From an uncultured Thermotogaceae bacterium (lineage in GTDB: Bacteria > Bipolaricaulota > Bipolaricaulia > Bipolaricaulales > Bipolaricaulaceae), in the NCBI GenBank assembly GCA_964429165.1, contig CAYSAN010000006.1, positions 7,118 through 71,117 of the forward strand: DNA of 64,000 nucleotides, written 5' to 3'. A program made the translations under genes and the position numbers. Below, in pieces: positions 8,517 through 18,142 of this stretch. Below the pieces are notes generated by a model, which worked only from the letters and a program-made list of their open reading frames with translations, made no database searches and was not told the origin of the DNA. Positions within the stretch are counted from its first letter, which is position 1; every line of letters begins with the position of its first letter.

Positions 8517-9465
8517 GCCATCCCTCCCCGAGTTTCAGGTACCTCTCGGCAGCGAGGGCCGCCAACGCCCCTTCGGCCGCGGCCACCACCGCTTGGGCCG
8601 TGCGGTCCTGGGGCTCGCGCACGTCCCCGGCAGCGAACACCCCGCGCGCCGAGGTCCGCATCCACGGGTCCGTTTTAATGTACCCGGCCTCCGTCAACTC
8701 CACCACACCCCGGACCCAGGCCGTGGCCGGCTCATATCCGATCTTCACAAAAACCCCATCCACTGGGAATTCCCGCCGCTCGCCCGTGCCCAAATCCCGC
8801 AGCACCACCCCCCTCACCCTCTCCGCCCCAAACACCTCGTCCACCACCACGTTCCACAGAAAGGCAATCCGGGGGTGCGCCAGGGCCCGCTCTTTGAGGA
8901 GGGCGGAGGCCCTTATGGCCTTGGGATCTTCCTTGGGATGCCGGACAGCGATGTAAACCCTGCGGCACAGATCCGCAAGAAACAGGGCCTCCACCAGGGC
9001 GGCGTCACCAGCGCCCACCATCAGCACCTCTTTGTCCCTGAAGAAAAAGCCGTCGCAGGTGGCGCAATAGGAGAGGCCTCTTCCCGTGAAGTCCGCCGCG
9101 CCCTTGGCCGGAAGAGGCCGGGGATGGGCCCCTGTGGCCACCACCACCGCCCGCCCGGCCACCCCCCTTTTCTCCGTGCCCACCACCCATGCCCCCTCCC
9201 GGGCCTCTAATCCTTTGGCCGTGGCAAAGAGAAATTCCGCGCCCAGGCGTTCGGCCTGACGGTGCATCCTGGTCATGAGCTCCACGCCTGAGATCGGCTC
9301 AGGAAACCCTGGGAAGTTCTCCACGAGCGGCGTTTCCAAAAGCTGCCCTCCAGGCATGGCTTTCTCCACCACCAAGGTGGCAAGGCCAGCCCGCCGCCCG
9401 TACACGGCGCAGGTGAGCCCCGCTGGCCCCGCGCCCACGATCACCAGATCCCACAAATGCGACAT
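8503..9465 (-). CDS. trxB: thioredoxin-disulfide reductase
   Basis: GAGPAG FAD motif, redox-active CATCDG, second GAGDAA NADPH motif. Confidence 0.9.
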   Translation of the reverse strand: MSHLWDLVIVGAGPAGLTCAVYGRRAGLATLVVEKAMPGGQLLETPLVENFPGFPEPISGVELMTRMHRQAERLGAEFLFATAKGLEAREGAWVVGTEKRGVAGRAVVVATGAHPRPLPAKGAADFTGRGLSYCATCDGFFFRDKEVLMVGAGDAALVEALFLADLCRRVYIAVRHPKEDPKAIRASALLKERALAHPRIAFLWNVVVDEVFGAERVRGVVLRDLGTGERREFPVDGVFVKIGYEPATAWVRGVVELTEAGYIKTDPWMRTSARGVFAAGDVREPQDRTAQAVVAAAEGALAALAAERYLKLGEGWHEHQ

Positions 9466-9512
9466 CTTGCAGCAGCCATTGTAGCACGGTACGTTACCTT
9501 CTGGTCAAGGAC

Positions 9513-11192
9513 ATGCGCAAGGTGGTGGAAGGCGGGGAGTCCCTGCACATCCATTTCGACTACGACCCCCGTTTGGTCCAGCTGATGCGCGCCCTCCCTG
9601 AAAGCCGCTGGGACCGGGACAAAAAGTTCTGGAAAGTGCCCAAAGACCACGTGGTCCCCGTGGTGGAGCTTCTGCAAAAGGAGGGCTTCGCCTTCGATGA
9701 GGCCACCCAGAGGCTTTACCGGGAGAAGAAGGCGAGCATCCAGGATTGGACCGTTTCCGCCTTGAACGCCATGGCTCGGACCGTTCTCACCCAGGCCTTC
9801 CCCAGCCCAGTTTGGGTGGTGGGCGAGATCCTGGGCTACGAGAAGAACGCGCACAAAGAGCGGGTGGAGTTCCATCTCGTGGAGCGCCGGGAGGGGAAGA
9901 TCATCGCCCAAGTGGAGGCCATCCTCTTCCCGGAGGAACGGGGGCTCATCGAAGGGAAACTCGCCCAGGCTGGCCATCCTTTCCAGCTCCAGGACGAGAT
10001 CACCGTGCGCATCCTGGCCCAGGTGGACCTGTGGGTGCGCGAGGGCGTGTACCGCCTGGTGGTGCGGGACCTGGACCTTGAGTACACCCTGGGTGAGGTC
10101 GCCCGCCGCCGCGAGGAGATCCTGCGCAAACTGGCCAAGGAAGGAATCCTCGAGCGCAACAGATCCCTGGCCTTTCCCCTCCTTCCCCTGCGGGTGGGCC
10201 TCATCACCAGCCTGGGCTCCGACGCCCAAAACGACGTCCTGAACACCCTCAGGGCCTCGGGGTTCGCCTTCCAGGTCACGGTGCACGGGGCGCGCATGCA
10301 GGGGCAGTTCACCGAGCCCACGGTGCTCAACGCCCTGGACTGGTTCCGCGCCCATGTGGACCAGTTCGACGTGATCTTGATCTGCCGGGGCGGGGGCTCC
10401 CGGGTCGATCTGGCCTGGTTTGACTCCGAGGCCTTAGCCCGGGCCGTGGCCCTGTTTCCCCGCCCGGTGGTGGTGGGGATTGGCCACGAGGAAGACCGTT
10501 GTGTGTTGGACGAGGTGGGTTGGCGGCCCAAGCCCGCCACGCCCTCCGGCGCCGCCAAGCTCCTCGTGCTGCGGGTCCAGGAGACCTTGGCCCGCGTGGA
10601 ACAAGGCTTTGCCGCCCTCCTTGTGGGCGCGGAACAGGCCGTTTGGGAGGCCCAGCGCAGCCTCGCGGAGAGAGCAGGCCGCATCGTCCGGGCAAGCCAA
10701 ACCCTCCCCCGGCAAGAGCGGGAGAAGCTTGGGGACCGCGAGCGTCGGCTTTCCCTGGCCGCAGGGAACGCCGTGCGCCAGGCCAAAGAGCACATACACC
10801 GCGTGGCCCAAGCCCTGCCTCGCGCGGTGGGCACCCTCCTGGGCGCAACTGGGGCCCATCTCGCGGAAGGGGTGATCCGGCTGCGCCGCGGTGCAGATCG
10901 GGAGCTTGTCCAAACCAAGCTCGTGTTGGACGCCAAAAAGGCGAGGCTTTTGGCCTTGGCCTTGGCCCGCATCGACCAGGCCAAGGAGCGGTTACAAGCG
11001 CGGGAGGACCGGCGACGCGCCCTCGATCCCAAGCGCGTGGTGGAGCGAGGTTTTGCCATCATCCGCCTTCCGTGTGGCCGGGTCGTAACGGACCCTGGGC
11101 AAGCACCGACCGGAACTGCCCTCACCGCTGAGCTCCGTGCCGGAATCCTGCGCCTTCTCTCCCAAGGAGGTGAACATGGAGGAGGGGACTGA
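9513..11192 (+). CDS. xseA: exodeoxyribonuclease VII large subunit with ~75-aa N-terminal extension
   Basis: From about residue 78, TVSALN...VWVVGEI aligns to the canonical XseA N-terminus/OB fold, followed by catalytic and coiled-coil regions. The in-frame 75 aa upstream has no stop and no alternative start. Confidence 0.9.
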   Translation: MRKVVEGGESLHIHFDYDPRLVQLMRALPESRWDRDKKFWKVPKDHVVPVVELLQKEGFAFDEATQRLYREKKASIQDWTVSALNAMARTVLTQAFPSPVWVVGEILGYEKNAHKERVEFHLVERREGKIIAQVEAILFPEERGLIEGKLAQAGHPFQLQDEITVRILAQVDLWVREGVYRLVVRDLDLEYTLGEVARRREEILRKLAKEGILERNRSLAFPLLPLRVGLITSLGSDAQNDVLNTLRASGFAFQVTVHGARMQGQFTEPTVLNALDWFRAHVDQFDVILICRGGGSRVDLAWFDSEALARAVALFPRPVVVGIGHEEDRCVLDEVGWRPKPATPSGAAKLLVLRVQETLARVEQGFAALLVGAEQAVWEAQRSLAERAGRIVRASQTLPRQEREKLGDRERRLSLAAGNAVRQAKEHIHRVAQALPRAVGTLLGATGAHLAEGVIRLRRGADRELVQTKLVLDAKKARLLALALARIDQAKERLQAREDRRRALDPKRVVERGFAIIRLPCGRVVTDPGQAPTGTALTAELRAGILRLLSQGGEHGGGD

Positions 11193-11433
11193 GCTCACTT
11201 ACGCCCAGGCTCTGGCCAGACTCGATGGGATCCTGGAGCGCATCGAGCAGGGCCAGGTGGACATCGACGAGCTTTCCCAGCTTGTGGCCGAGGCCGCAGG
11301 CCTTGTGGCCCTCCTGCGCAAGAAGATCACCAAGGCGGAAATCCAGATTAAAACCATCACGGAGCGGCTGGAGCGCGGGGAGGAGCTGGCTCCGGAGGAA
11401 AGGCTCCCGCCCGAGGAGGAAGTCCCGTTTTAA
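11176..11433 (+). CDS. xseB: exodeoxyribonuclease VII small subunit (start at internal ATG with AAGGAGG SD; table ORF starts 11137)
   Basis: ELTYAQALARLDGILERIEQGQVDIDEL helical signature of XseB; overlaps the xseA end. Confidence 0.85.
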   Translation: MEEGTELTYAQALARLDGILERIEQGQVDIDELSQLVAEAAGLVALLRKKITKAEIQIKTITERLERGEELAPEERLPPEEEVPF

Positions 11434-12797
11434 GCGTCCAGGACACGGATGAGGTTGGTGGTGCCGGGCTGGTGAAAGGGGAGCCCGGCGGTGAACACCA
11501 CCCGTTTGCCTCCCTCCAGGAGCCCGGCGGCGCGAGCGGCCCCCAACGCCGCGTCCAAAAGCTCATCCACTGTGTTGGTCTGGGGGATAAGCAGGGGGAT
11601 CACGCCCCAAACCAAATTCAAGCGGCGAAAAACCTCCGGGTGTGGGGTCACCGCCGCGACGGGCACAGGCGGACGCAGCGCGGCCACAAGCCTTGCCGTC
11701 CAGCCTGAAACAGTGGCGCACAGGATGAGTCCAGCTTTAACGCTTTGGGCAATGATGTGGGCGCTTTGGGCAATGGAGGCGGGCACTTCGCCCACCAGCT
11801 CGGGGGCAAGCCCAGGTATGCGGATGGGCACCTCGCCGCTTTCCGCAGCGCGCACAGCGGCATCCATGGCGCGCACCGCCTCCAGCGGGTATTTCCCCAC
11901 CGCCGTCTCGTCGGAAAGCATCACAGCATCCGCTCCATCCCACACGGCGTTGGCCACGTCCGCCACCTCCGCCCGCGTGGGCACGGGGGAAGCCACCATG
12001 CTTTGGAGCATCTGGGTGGCCACGATGACGGGTTTGGCCTGAGAATTGCAGAGGTCCACGAGCTTACGCTGCACCAATGGAACGCGATAGGGTTCGATCT
12101 CCACGCCCAGGTCGCCGCGGGCCACCATGGCCCCATCCGCCGTGGCCAAAAGCTGGTCCATGCGCAGCACAGCGGCGGCCAACTCCACCTTGACCACCAC
12201 CCACGGCCCGCGGGGCCCCAAAAGCGTCCGGGCCTCCTGCACATCCTGCGGCCGCTGCACGAAGGACAGGGCCACCAGGTCCACACCCTCCTCCCGGGCC
12301 AAGTGCAAACTCTGCCGATCCCGCTCAGTGAGGGCTGGAATGGGCAGCACCGCGCCCGGGAAGTTCACGCCTTTCCCACTCTGAATGATCCCAGCGCGCT
12401 CGGCGCGGCAGCGCAGAAGGTCCCCGTGGCTTTCCACCACGCTGAGCTCCAAGGTTCCGTCGGCAAGGAGGACCCGTGCCCCAGCCGGCACGGCCCGCAC
12501 CGCCTGGGGCGGGGTCAGGGGGACCCCTCCCTCCCCCAGCAGCACCTCCTCGCCAGCCCGCACCTCTATCGGCTGGGGCAGGGGGCCCACCCGCACCTTC
12601 GGGCCCGCGGTGTCCAAAAGCACCGCGCTTTGGGGAGCGCATCGCCGCACGCGGCGAATCAGGTCGCGGTGCTCCTCCGGCGTGCCATGGGCCGTGTTCA
12701 GGCGAAACACGTTCACCCCAGCCTCAGCCAGACGAGCAATGCCCTCTTCCTCCCAAGAACTGGGGCCCAGGGTGGCCACGATCTTCGTGCGCCGCAT
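11430..12797 (-). CDS. pyk: pyruvate kinase (start at Met 144 of table ORF 11430..13226)
   Basis: MRRTKIVATLGPSS N-terminus, MVARGDLGVEI active-site motif. Confidence 0.9.
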   Translation of the reverse strand: MRRTKIVATLGPSSWEEEGIARLAEAGVNVFRLNTAHGTPEEHRDLIRRVRRCAPQSAVLLDTAGPKVRVGPLPQPIEVRAGEEVLLGEGGVPLTPPQAVRAVPAGARVLLADGTLELSVVESHGDLLRCRAERAGIIQSGKGVNFPGAVLPIPALTERDRQSLHLAREEGVDLVALSFVQRPQDVQEARTLLGPRGPWVVVKVELAAAVLRMDQLLATADGAMVARGDLGVEIEPYRVPLVQRKLVDLCNSQAKPVIVATQMLQSMVASPVPTRAEVADVANAVWDGADAVMLSDETAVGKYPLEAVRAMDAAVRAAESGEVPIRIPGLAPELVGEVPASIAQSAHIIAQSVKAGLILCATVSGWTARLVAALRPPVPVAAVTPHPEVFRRLNLVWGVIPLLIPQTNTVDELLDAALGAARAAGLLEGGKRVVFTAGLPFHQPGTTNLIRVLDA

Positions 12798-12834
12798 ACA
12801 CAAAAGGGTAGTGGAACGCTGGGGAAAGGCCAAG

Positions 12835-12863
12835 TTGCGCGGAGCTCTTCCAGGGGATAACTT
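12835..12863 (+). promoter_or_regulatory. candidate sigma70 promoter for rnpA (TTGCGC-17-TAACTT), ATG 6 nt after the -10: near-leaderless geometry
   Basis: Read from sequence; back-to-back with a TTGGCC-17-TACCCT-7-ATG arrangement for divergent pyk on the other strand. Confidence 0.35.
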
Positions 12864-12869
12864 TTTGCG

Positions 12870-13232
12870 ATGGGCTTTGCCTTTGGCCGGGAGCACCGCC
12901 TCACCAGGCAGCGCGACATCAACCGCCTGTTTCGGGAAGGGACGAGGTTGGAGGGACAGCTCTTTTCCTTTCGGGTGTTGCCCAAGGGGGAGCCCACGCC
13001 CCGCCTGCTGGTGGTGGTGGGGCAGCGGGTGGGAAAGGCGGTGGTGCGCAATCGCGTGAAACGCGGCATCCGCGAAGGCTTCCGGTTGAACAAGGAGCTT
13101 TTTTCTCATCTGGACCTGGCGGTGATTGCCCGGCCGGAGACCGCGCGGCTTCGGCCCGGAGAGGTCGCACAAACGTGGGTGCGGGAATTTCAGGAGGTGT
13201 ACCATGGCGCGCGAAACGCTCCTCACCCGTGA
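12870..13232 (+). CDS. rnpA: ribonuclease P protein component
   Basis: FGREHRLTRQRDINRLF, VGKAVVRNRVKRGIRE (RNR motif). Confidence 0.85.
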   Translation: MGFAFGREHRLTRQRDINRLFREGTRLEGQLFSFRVLPKGEPTPRLLVVVGQRVGKAVVRNRVKRGIREGFRLNKELFSHLDLAVIARPETARLRPGEVAQTWVREFQEVYHGARNAPHP

Positions 13233-13686
13233 GGGTTACGAGAGGAAGAAGGCGGAGCTGGAGGTCAAGGAGCACCGGCTCTATCAGGAGATCCCTGCTC
13301 TTTTGGCCCAGGCCAAGGAGCACTCCGGCGGGGACTTCCGCGAGAACAAGGAGTACCTGTATCTCGTGGAGGAGCAGGAGCTTTTGGAGCGGGAAGTGCG
13401 GGCTTTGCGCGAGCTTTTGGCCAACGCCCGCCTCATCGCCGAGGATGAGATCCGCACGGACGAGGTGGGCATTGGTTCCCGGGTGATCCTCAAGGACATC
13501 GAGACCGGGGAGGAGTGGACGGTGACGTTGGTGCCACCGGCGGAGGTCGATCTGTTGGCGGGCCGCATCGGCATCGACTCCCCCGTGGGACGGGCCCTTC
13601 TCACCCACGGAAAGGGAAAGCAGGTGGTGGTGCAGGCCCCAGCAGGCCGAATTCGCTACGAAATCCTGGGGATTGAGAGGGGCTGA
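13204..13686 (+). CDS. greA: transcription elongation factor GreA (start at internal ATG; table ORF starts 13126)
   Basis: N-terminal coiled-coil MARETLLTREGYERKKAELE and C-terminal FKBP-like domain; ATGA overlap with lysS. Confidence 0.9.
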   Translation: MARETLLTREGYERKKAELEVKEHRLYQEIPALLAQAKEHSGGDFRENKEYLYLVEEQELLEREVRALRELLANARLIAEDEIRTDEVGIGSRVILKDIETGEEWTVTLVPPAEVDLLAGRIGIDSPVGRALLTHGKGKQVVVQAPAGRIRYEILGIERG

Positions 13687-15155
13687 TGCCCGAAAAGGAG
13701 CTCATTGCCGCCCGTCTGGAGAAGCTGGCGCGCCTGCAGGCCCACGGGATCAACCCTTATCCTTACAGCTTTTCCCGCACCCACACCACGGGGGATCTGC
13801 GCCGGGAGTTTGGCCATCTGGGCCCAGCCAGCCACACCGGGTTCACCGCGGCGGTGGCCGGGCGGATCATGGCCCTGCGCCGCATGGGCCGGGCCACCTT
13901 CGCCGACCTCCATGACCGTTCCGGCAGGATCCAGATCTTCGCCGCCCCCCAAACCCTGGGGGACCAGGCCTACGCGTTCTGGCTGGAACACCTGGACATC
14001 GGCGACATCATCGGGGTGCGCGGCGAGGTGTTCACCACCAAGACGGGGGAGTTGAGCGTGGCCGCCCAGGAGCTCGTCCTTTTGAGCAAAGCCCTCCGCC
14101 CCCTCCCGGAGAAGTGGCACGGACTCAGGGACGTGGAGACGCGGTATCGCGAGCGGGCCCTGGATTTCCTGGCCAACCCGGAAAGCCGGGACATCCTCAT
14201 CCAGCGGGCCCGCATCCTTCGTACCATGCGGAACTACCTGGACGAACGGGGGTTCATCGAGGTGGAAACCCCCATCCTTCAGCCCATCCCCGGCGGGGCA
14301 GCGGCCCGGCCCTTCGTCACCCACCACAACGAGCTTGGGCGTGACCTCTATTTGAGGATCGCCCCCGAGCTCTACCTGAAGAGGCTGCTCGTGGGCGGCC
14401 TGGAGAAGGTCTACGAGATCGGTCGCAACTTCCGCAACGAGGGCATTTCCTCCGAGCACAACCCGGAGTTCACCGCCCTGGAGGCCTATGCGGCCTACAC
14501 CGATTACCAGGGGATGATGGAGTTGGCCGAGGGGCTGATTGAGGCATGTGTCCTTGCCGTGGCTGGGGGACCTCAGATACACTACAGGGGCCGGATGATC
14601 GATTTTTCCCGGCCTTGGCGACGAGTCCAGCTTCTGGAGCTCGTGGCGGATGCAACCGGCTGCGATGTGGAAAAGCCGGGGGATGAGCTTTTGGCGGAGC
14701 TGGACCGCAAGGGGATTGCTGTTCCCGAGCACCTCCGGCGCGGCCCCAAGGGCAAGGTCATCGAACATCTGCTGGAGAGTTGCGCCGAGAAGGACCTCTG
14801 GAATCCCACGTTCGTGTTGGATTACCCCTGGGACATCTCCCCTTTGGCCAAGCGCAAGCGCGGCCGGCCGGACCTCACCGAGCGGTTCGAGCTGTACATC
14901 GGGGGAAGGGAGGTGGCCAACGCTTTCTCCGAGCTCAACGATCCTGAGGAGCAACGGGAGCGGTTCCTGGCCCAAGAGAAACTGAGGGCTCAGGGGGATG
15001 AGGAGGCCCACCGCGTCGACGAGGACTTCCTGCGGGATCTGGAGCTGGGAATGCCGCCCGCAGGGGGGATCGGAATTGGCATTGACCGGTTGACCATGAT
15101 CCTCACCAACGCTCCGTCCATTCGGGAGGTGTTGGCCTTTCCCTTGTTGCGATGA
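13686..15155 (+). CDS. lysS: lysine--tRNA ligase (class II)
   Basis: N-terminal OB anticodon-binding domain, class II motifs (FRNEG, GGIGIGIDR). Confidence 0.95.
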   Translation: MPEKELIAARLEKLARLQAHGINPYPYSFSRTHTTGDLRREFGHLGPASHTGFTAAVAGRIMALRRMGRATFADLHDRSGRIQIFAAPQTLGDQAYAFWLEHLDIGDIIGVRGEVFTTKTGELSVAAQELVLLSKALRPLPEKWHGLRDVETRYRERALDFLANPESRDILIQRARILRTMRNYLDERGFIEVETPILQPIPGGAAARPFVTHHNELGRDLYLRIAPELYLKRLLVGGLEKVYEIGRNFRNEGISSEHNPEFTALEAYAAYTDYQGMMELAEGLIEACVLAVAGGPQIHYRGRMIDFSRPWRRVQLLELVADATGCDVEKPGDELLAELDRKGIAVPEHLRRGPKGKVIEHLLESCAEKDLWNPTFVLDYPWDISPLAKRKRGRPDLTERFELYIGGREVANAFSELNDPEEQRERFLAQEKLRAQGDEEAHRVDEDFLRDLELGMPPAGGIGIGIDRLTMILTNAPSIREVLAFPLLR

Positions 15156-15742
15156 GAATCGCTGGCTCGCTACGGCTCTGGAAACACCTGGTGCTCACGC
15201 ACCTGGACCAGGCCGTGGAGAGCGTCCTCCTCTGGGATGAGCGCACTCTAATCCGGCTGAGCTCGGCGCGGGCGCTGCGGCGCCTGGGTCTTCTGCTTCT
15301 TGTGGCCACGTATGTGGGCTATGGCTACGTGTGGGCTGCGCTGGCTTTGGCCCTGATCTTATTTGGTGGGGCCCAGGATAAACTCCACGTCCTTCTCGGC
15401 CTGGCCACCCTCATTGCGGTCTTGGCTTTTTGCCAAGCAATAAAGCACCTGGTGGATCGGCCACGTCCCGCCTTTTTCCGCCGCGGGTTCCATCACCAAT
15501 TCCTCACCACCTCCTCCTTCCCCTCCAACCACACCGCCGTGGCCTTCGCCATGGCTTATGTGGTGGCCCGCCTCTACCCGGCCTGGCACACCCTCCTCCT
15601 CCTTTACGCCTTGGCCGGGCTCATTGGCCTGTCCCGCGTGTACTTGCGGGAGCATTACCCGCTGGATGTCCTGGGGGGAGCAGCCCTGGGCACGTACTTG
15701 GCCCATGGGCTTTTCCCGTGGCTCAGCCGCTGTGTGGGTTAA
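15152..15742 (+). CDS. PAP2-family membrane phosphatase
   Basis: KxxxxxxRP...PSNHT...SRxxxxxHxxxD acid-phosphatase signature (RPAFFRRG, FPSNHTA, SRVYLREHYPLDV). Confidence 0.75.
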   Translation: MRIAGSLRLWKHLVLTHLDQAVESVLLWDERTLIRLSSARALRRLGLLLLVATYVGYGYVWAALALALILFGGAQDKLHVLLGLATLIAVLAFCQAIKHLVDRPRPAFFRRGFHHQFLTTSSFPSNHTAVAFAMAYVVARLYPAWHTLLLLYALAGLIGLSRVYLREHYPLDVLGGAALGTYLAHGLFPWLSRCVG

Positions 15743-15748
15743 ACGGGG

Positions 15749-16984
15749 GTGATCTGCGTGCTACGTTTTGCGGAGCGCACAAAAGGTGCGAAGCGTTCAG
15801 CCATCCGGGAGCTGCTGAAGTACACCGAGCAGCCGGAAGTGATCTCTTTCGCCGGCGGGCTCCCTGATCCCGCCACATTTCCCGTGGAGTTCCTGGCCAA
15901 AATTGCCCAGGAGGAAATTCTCCACAACGCCGTGAAATCCCTGCAGTACACCACCACCGAGGGGAAGCGGCCCTTGCGCGAGGCCTTGGCCCGCTGGCTG
16001 GCGGAGGAGGGACTCCATGTCACTATGGACCAGATCGTCATCACCAACGGCTCCCAGCAGGGGCTGGACCTCCTGGGCCGCGCGTTCCTGGACCCCGGGG
16101 ACGCGGTGTTTGTGAGCCTGCCCACCTATCTGGGGGCGTTGCAGGCCTTTCGAGCCTATCAGCCCACGCTGGTGGGGTGCCCTTTGGAAAACGATGGCAT
16201 GGAGTTGGAGTTTTTGCGCCGGGCTATCCGCGAGGCCGAACGCGCTGGACATGAACCGAAGCTGATTTATGTCATCCCGGACTTTCAAAATCCCACCGGA
16301 ATAACCTGGAGCGAAGAGAAGCGCCGGGAACTTTTGCACATCGCCCAAGAGAAAGACCTCCTTGTGGTGGAAGACATCCCCTACCGCTGGCTTCGCTATA
16401 AAGGTCAGCATTTGCCCACCATCGCCTCGCTAGACGAAGAAGGGCGCGTCATCATCCTGCTCACCTTCTCCAAGATCCTGGCGGCAGGACTGCGCGTGGG
16501 CGCCCTGGTGGGCCCGCAAGAAGTGGTGAACATGGTGGTGACCCTCAAGCAGGGTGCGGATTTGTGTGGTCCCTCCCTAACTCAGCGGCTTGTCGTGCGT
16601 TTTCTTACTGATTATGACTTGAAAAGCCATTTTGGTTTTCTGTGCCAGCACTACAAAGTCAAGTTGGAGGCCATGCTGGCCGCCCTGGAGCGCCATATGC
16701 CTGAGGAGGCGGAATGGACCAAGCCCGAGGGCGGTTTATTCGTGTGGGCCAAACTCCCAGAAGGCGTGGACACCGTGAAGATGTTGGAGCGCGCCTTGGC
16801 CCATAAGGTGGCGTACGTGCCAGGACAGCCGTTCTTCGTCGACGGCTCAGGGGCCAACACCATGCGCCTTTCCTTCGCTTTGGCCACCACCGAACAAATC
16901 GAAGAAGGGATTCGTCGCCTAGGGGCTGTGGTCCACGAGGAGATAGCCGCCCTATCGCTGGCCCAGCGGGGCGCCCCTAAATAA
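15749..16984 (+). CDS. PLP-dependent aminotransferase, class I/II (2-aminoadipate/aromatic aminotransferase-like)
   Basis: Fold-type I aminotransferase layout, SFSKILAAGLRVG lysine motif region. Confidence 0.8.
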   Translation: MICVLRFAERTKGAKRSAIRELLKYTEQPEVISFAGGLPDPATFPVEFLAKIAQEEILHNAVKSLQYTTTEGKRPLREALARWLAEEGLHVTMDQIVITNGSQQGLDLLGRAFLDPGDAVFVSLPTYLGALQAFRAYQPTLVGCPLENDGMELEFLRRAIREAERAGHEPKLIYVIPDFQNPTGITWSEEKRRELLHIAQEKDLLVVEDIPYRWLRYKGQHLPTIASLDEEGRVIILLTFSKILAAGLRVGALVGPQEVVNMVVTLKQGADLCGPSLTQRLVVRFLTDYDLKSHFGFLCQHYKVKLEAMLAALERHMPEEAEWTKPEGGLFVWAKLPEGVDTVKMLERALAHKVAYVPGQPFFVDGSGANTMRLSFALATTEQIEEGIRRLGAVVHEEIAALSLAQRGAPK

Positions 16985-18080
16985 TGGCTTTTTCCGTGTC
17001 GCGATCAAAAAGGTGCATGTGCTCAAGCATGGCCACGAAGGTCACCTCTTCACCAGGGGAGATAGAAAGGCGCGGATCGAGCTTGGCCACAATTTCATCG
17101 CCGGCGATGTCTGCGTACACGATGAGCTCATCGCCCAGGGCCTCGCGCACTTTGACCCGGCCCAGGAACGTCCGGCCCGGGAGGGGTTCCCGCACCGTGT
17201 CCAACGTGCGGATATCCTCGGGACGGATGCCGAACACCACTTCCCGGCCAACATAGCTCCGGACCCCCGGCGTCACTCTCTCCGGGGGGACCCACAGGTT
17301 GAACCCGCGTCCCTGTAACCACACCCGGCCGTCCGCCTCCACCAGCCGAGCCGGCACGAAGTTCATGGGCGGGGAACCGATGAAGCCGGCCACGAACAGG
17401 TTGGCCGGCTGATCATAGATCACACGCGGCCTGTCGTACTGGAGGACTTGGCCATCCTTCATCACGGCAATGCGGTGCCCTAAAGTCATGGCCTCCACCT
17501 GGTCGTGGGTCACATAGATGGAGGTGGTTTTGAGCCGCTGGTGTAGCTCCTGAAGCTCGGCGCGCATGCGCACGCGCAGCTTGGCGTCCAAGTTGGAAAG
17601 GGGCTCGTCGAACAGGAAGACCTTGGGGTTACGCACGATGGCCCGGCCCAACGCCACCCGCTGGCGCTGCCCACCGGAAAGCTCGCGGGGCTTGGCCCGC
17701 AGTTTATCGGCAATCCCCAGCATCTCCGCCACTTCCCGCACCCGCCGGTCGATCTCCTTCCTCGGCACCTTCCGGAGCTTCAGGCCGAAGGCCATGTTGT
17801 TGTACACGTCCATGTGGGGATAGAGCGCGTAGTTTTGGAACACCATGGCGATGTCCCGGTCTTTGGGGGGCACATCATTCACAAGGCGACCGCCAATGTA
17901 AATTTCGCCCTGGGTCACCTCTTCCAGGCCGGCGATCATGCGCAGGGTCGTGGTCTTGCCGCAGCCAGAGGGCCCCACCAAGACCACGAACTCCCCGTCC
18001 TTGATCTCCAGGGACACACTGTTCACAGCCACGAAATTGCCGAACTTTTTTGTAACATCTTTGAGTACGACCTCTGCCAT
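16977..18080 (-). CDS. MalK/UgpC/MsiK-type sugar ABC transporter ATP-binding protein (orphan; no adjacent permeases)
   Basis: Walker A GPSGCGKTT, LSGGQRQRVA signature, C-terminal TOBE regulatory domain. Confidence 0.85.
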   Translation of the reverse strand: MAEVVLKDVTKKFGNFVAVNSVSLEIKDGEFVVLVGPSGCGKTTTLRMIAGLEEVTQGEIYIGGRLVNDVPPKDRDIAMVFQNYALYPHMDVYNNMAFGLKLRKVPRKEIDRRVREVAEMLGIADKLRAKPRELSGGQRQRVALGRAIVRNPKVFLFDEPLSNLDAKLRVRMRAELQELHQRLKTTSIYVTHDQVEAMTLGHRIAVMKDGQVLQYDRPRVIYDQPANLFVAGFIGSPPMNFVPARLVEADGRVWLQGRGFNLWVPPERVTPGVRSYVGREVVFGIRPEDIRTLDTVREPLPGRTFLGRVKVREALGDELIVYADIAGDEIVAKLDPRLSISPGEEVTFVAMLEHMHLFDRDTEKAII

Positions 18081-18142
18081 CCCGCCTCCTTTTGTGAACC
18101 CGCGCCACCGCAAGATACCCCCTCCCAGTTGGGCCTGCAACC

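Noticed and set aside
12798-12869. rpmH (L34) upstream of or embedded in rnpA, as in Thermus
   Set aside because: No frame in 12780-13232 gives an L34-like Arg/Lys-rich 44-49-aa peptide.
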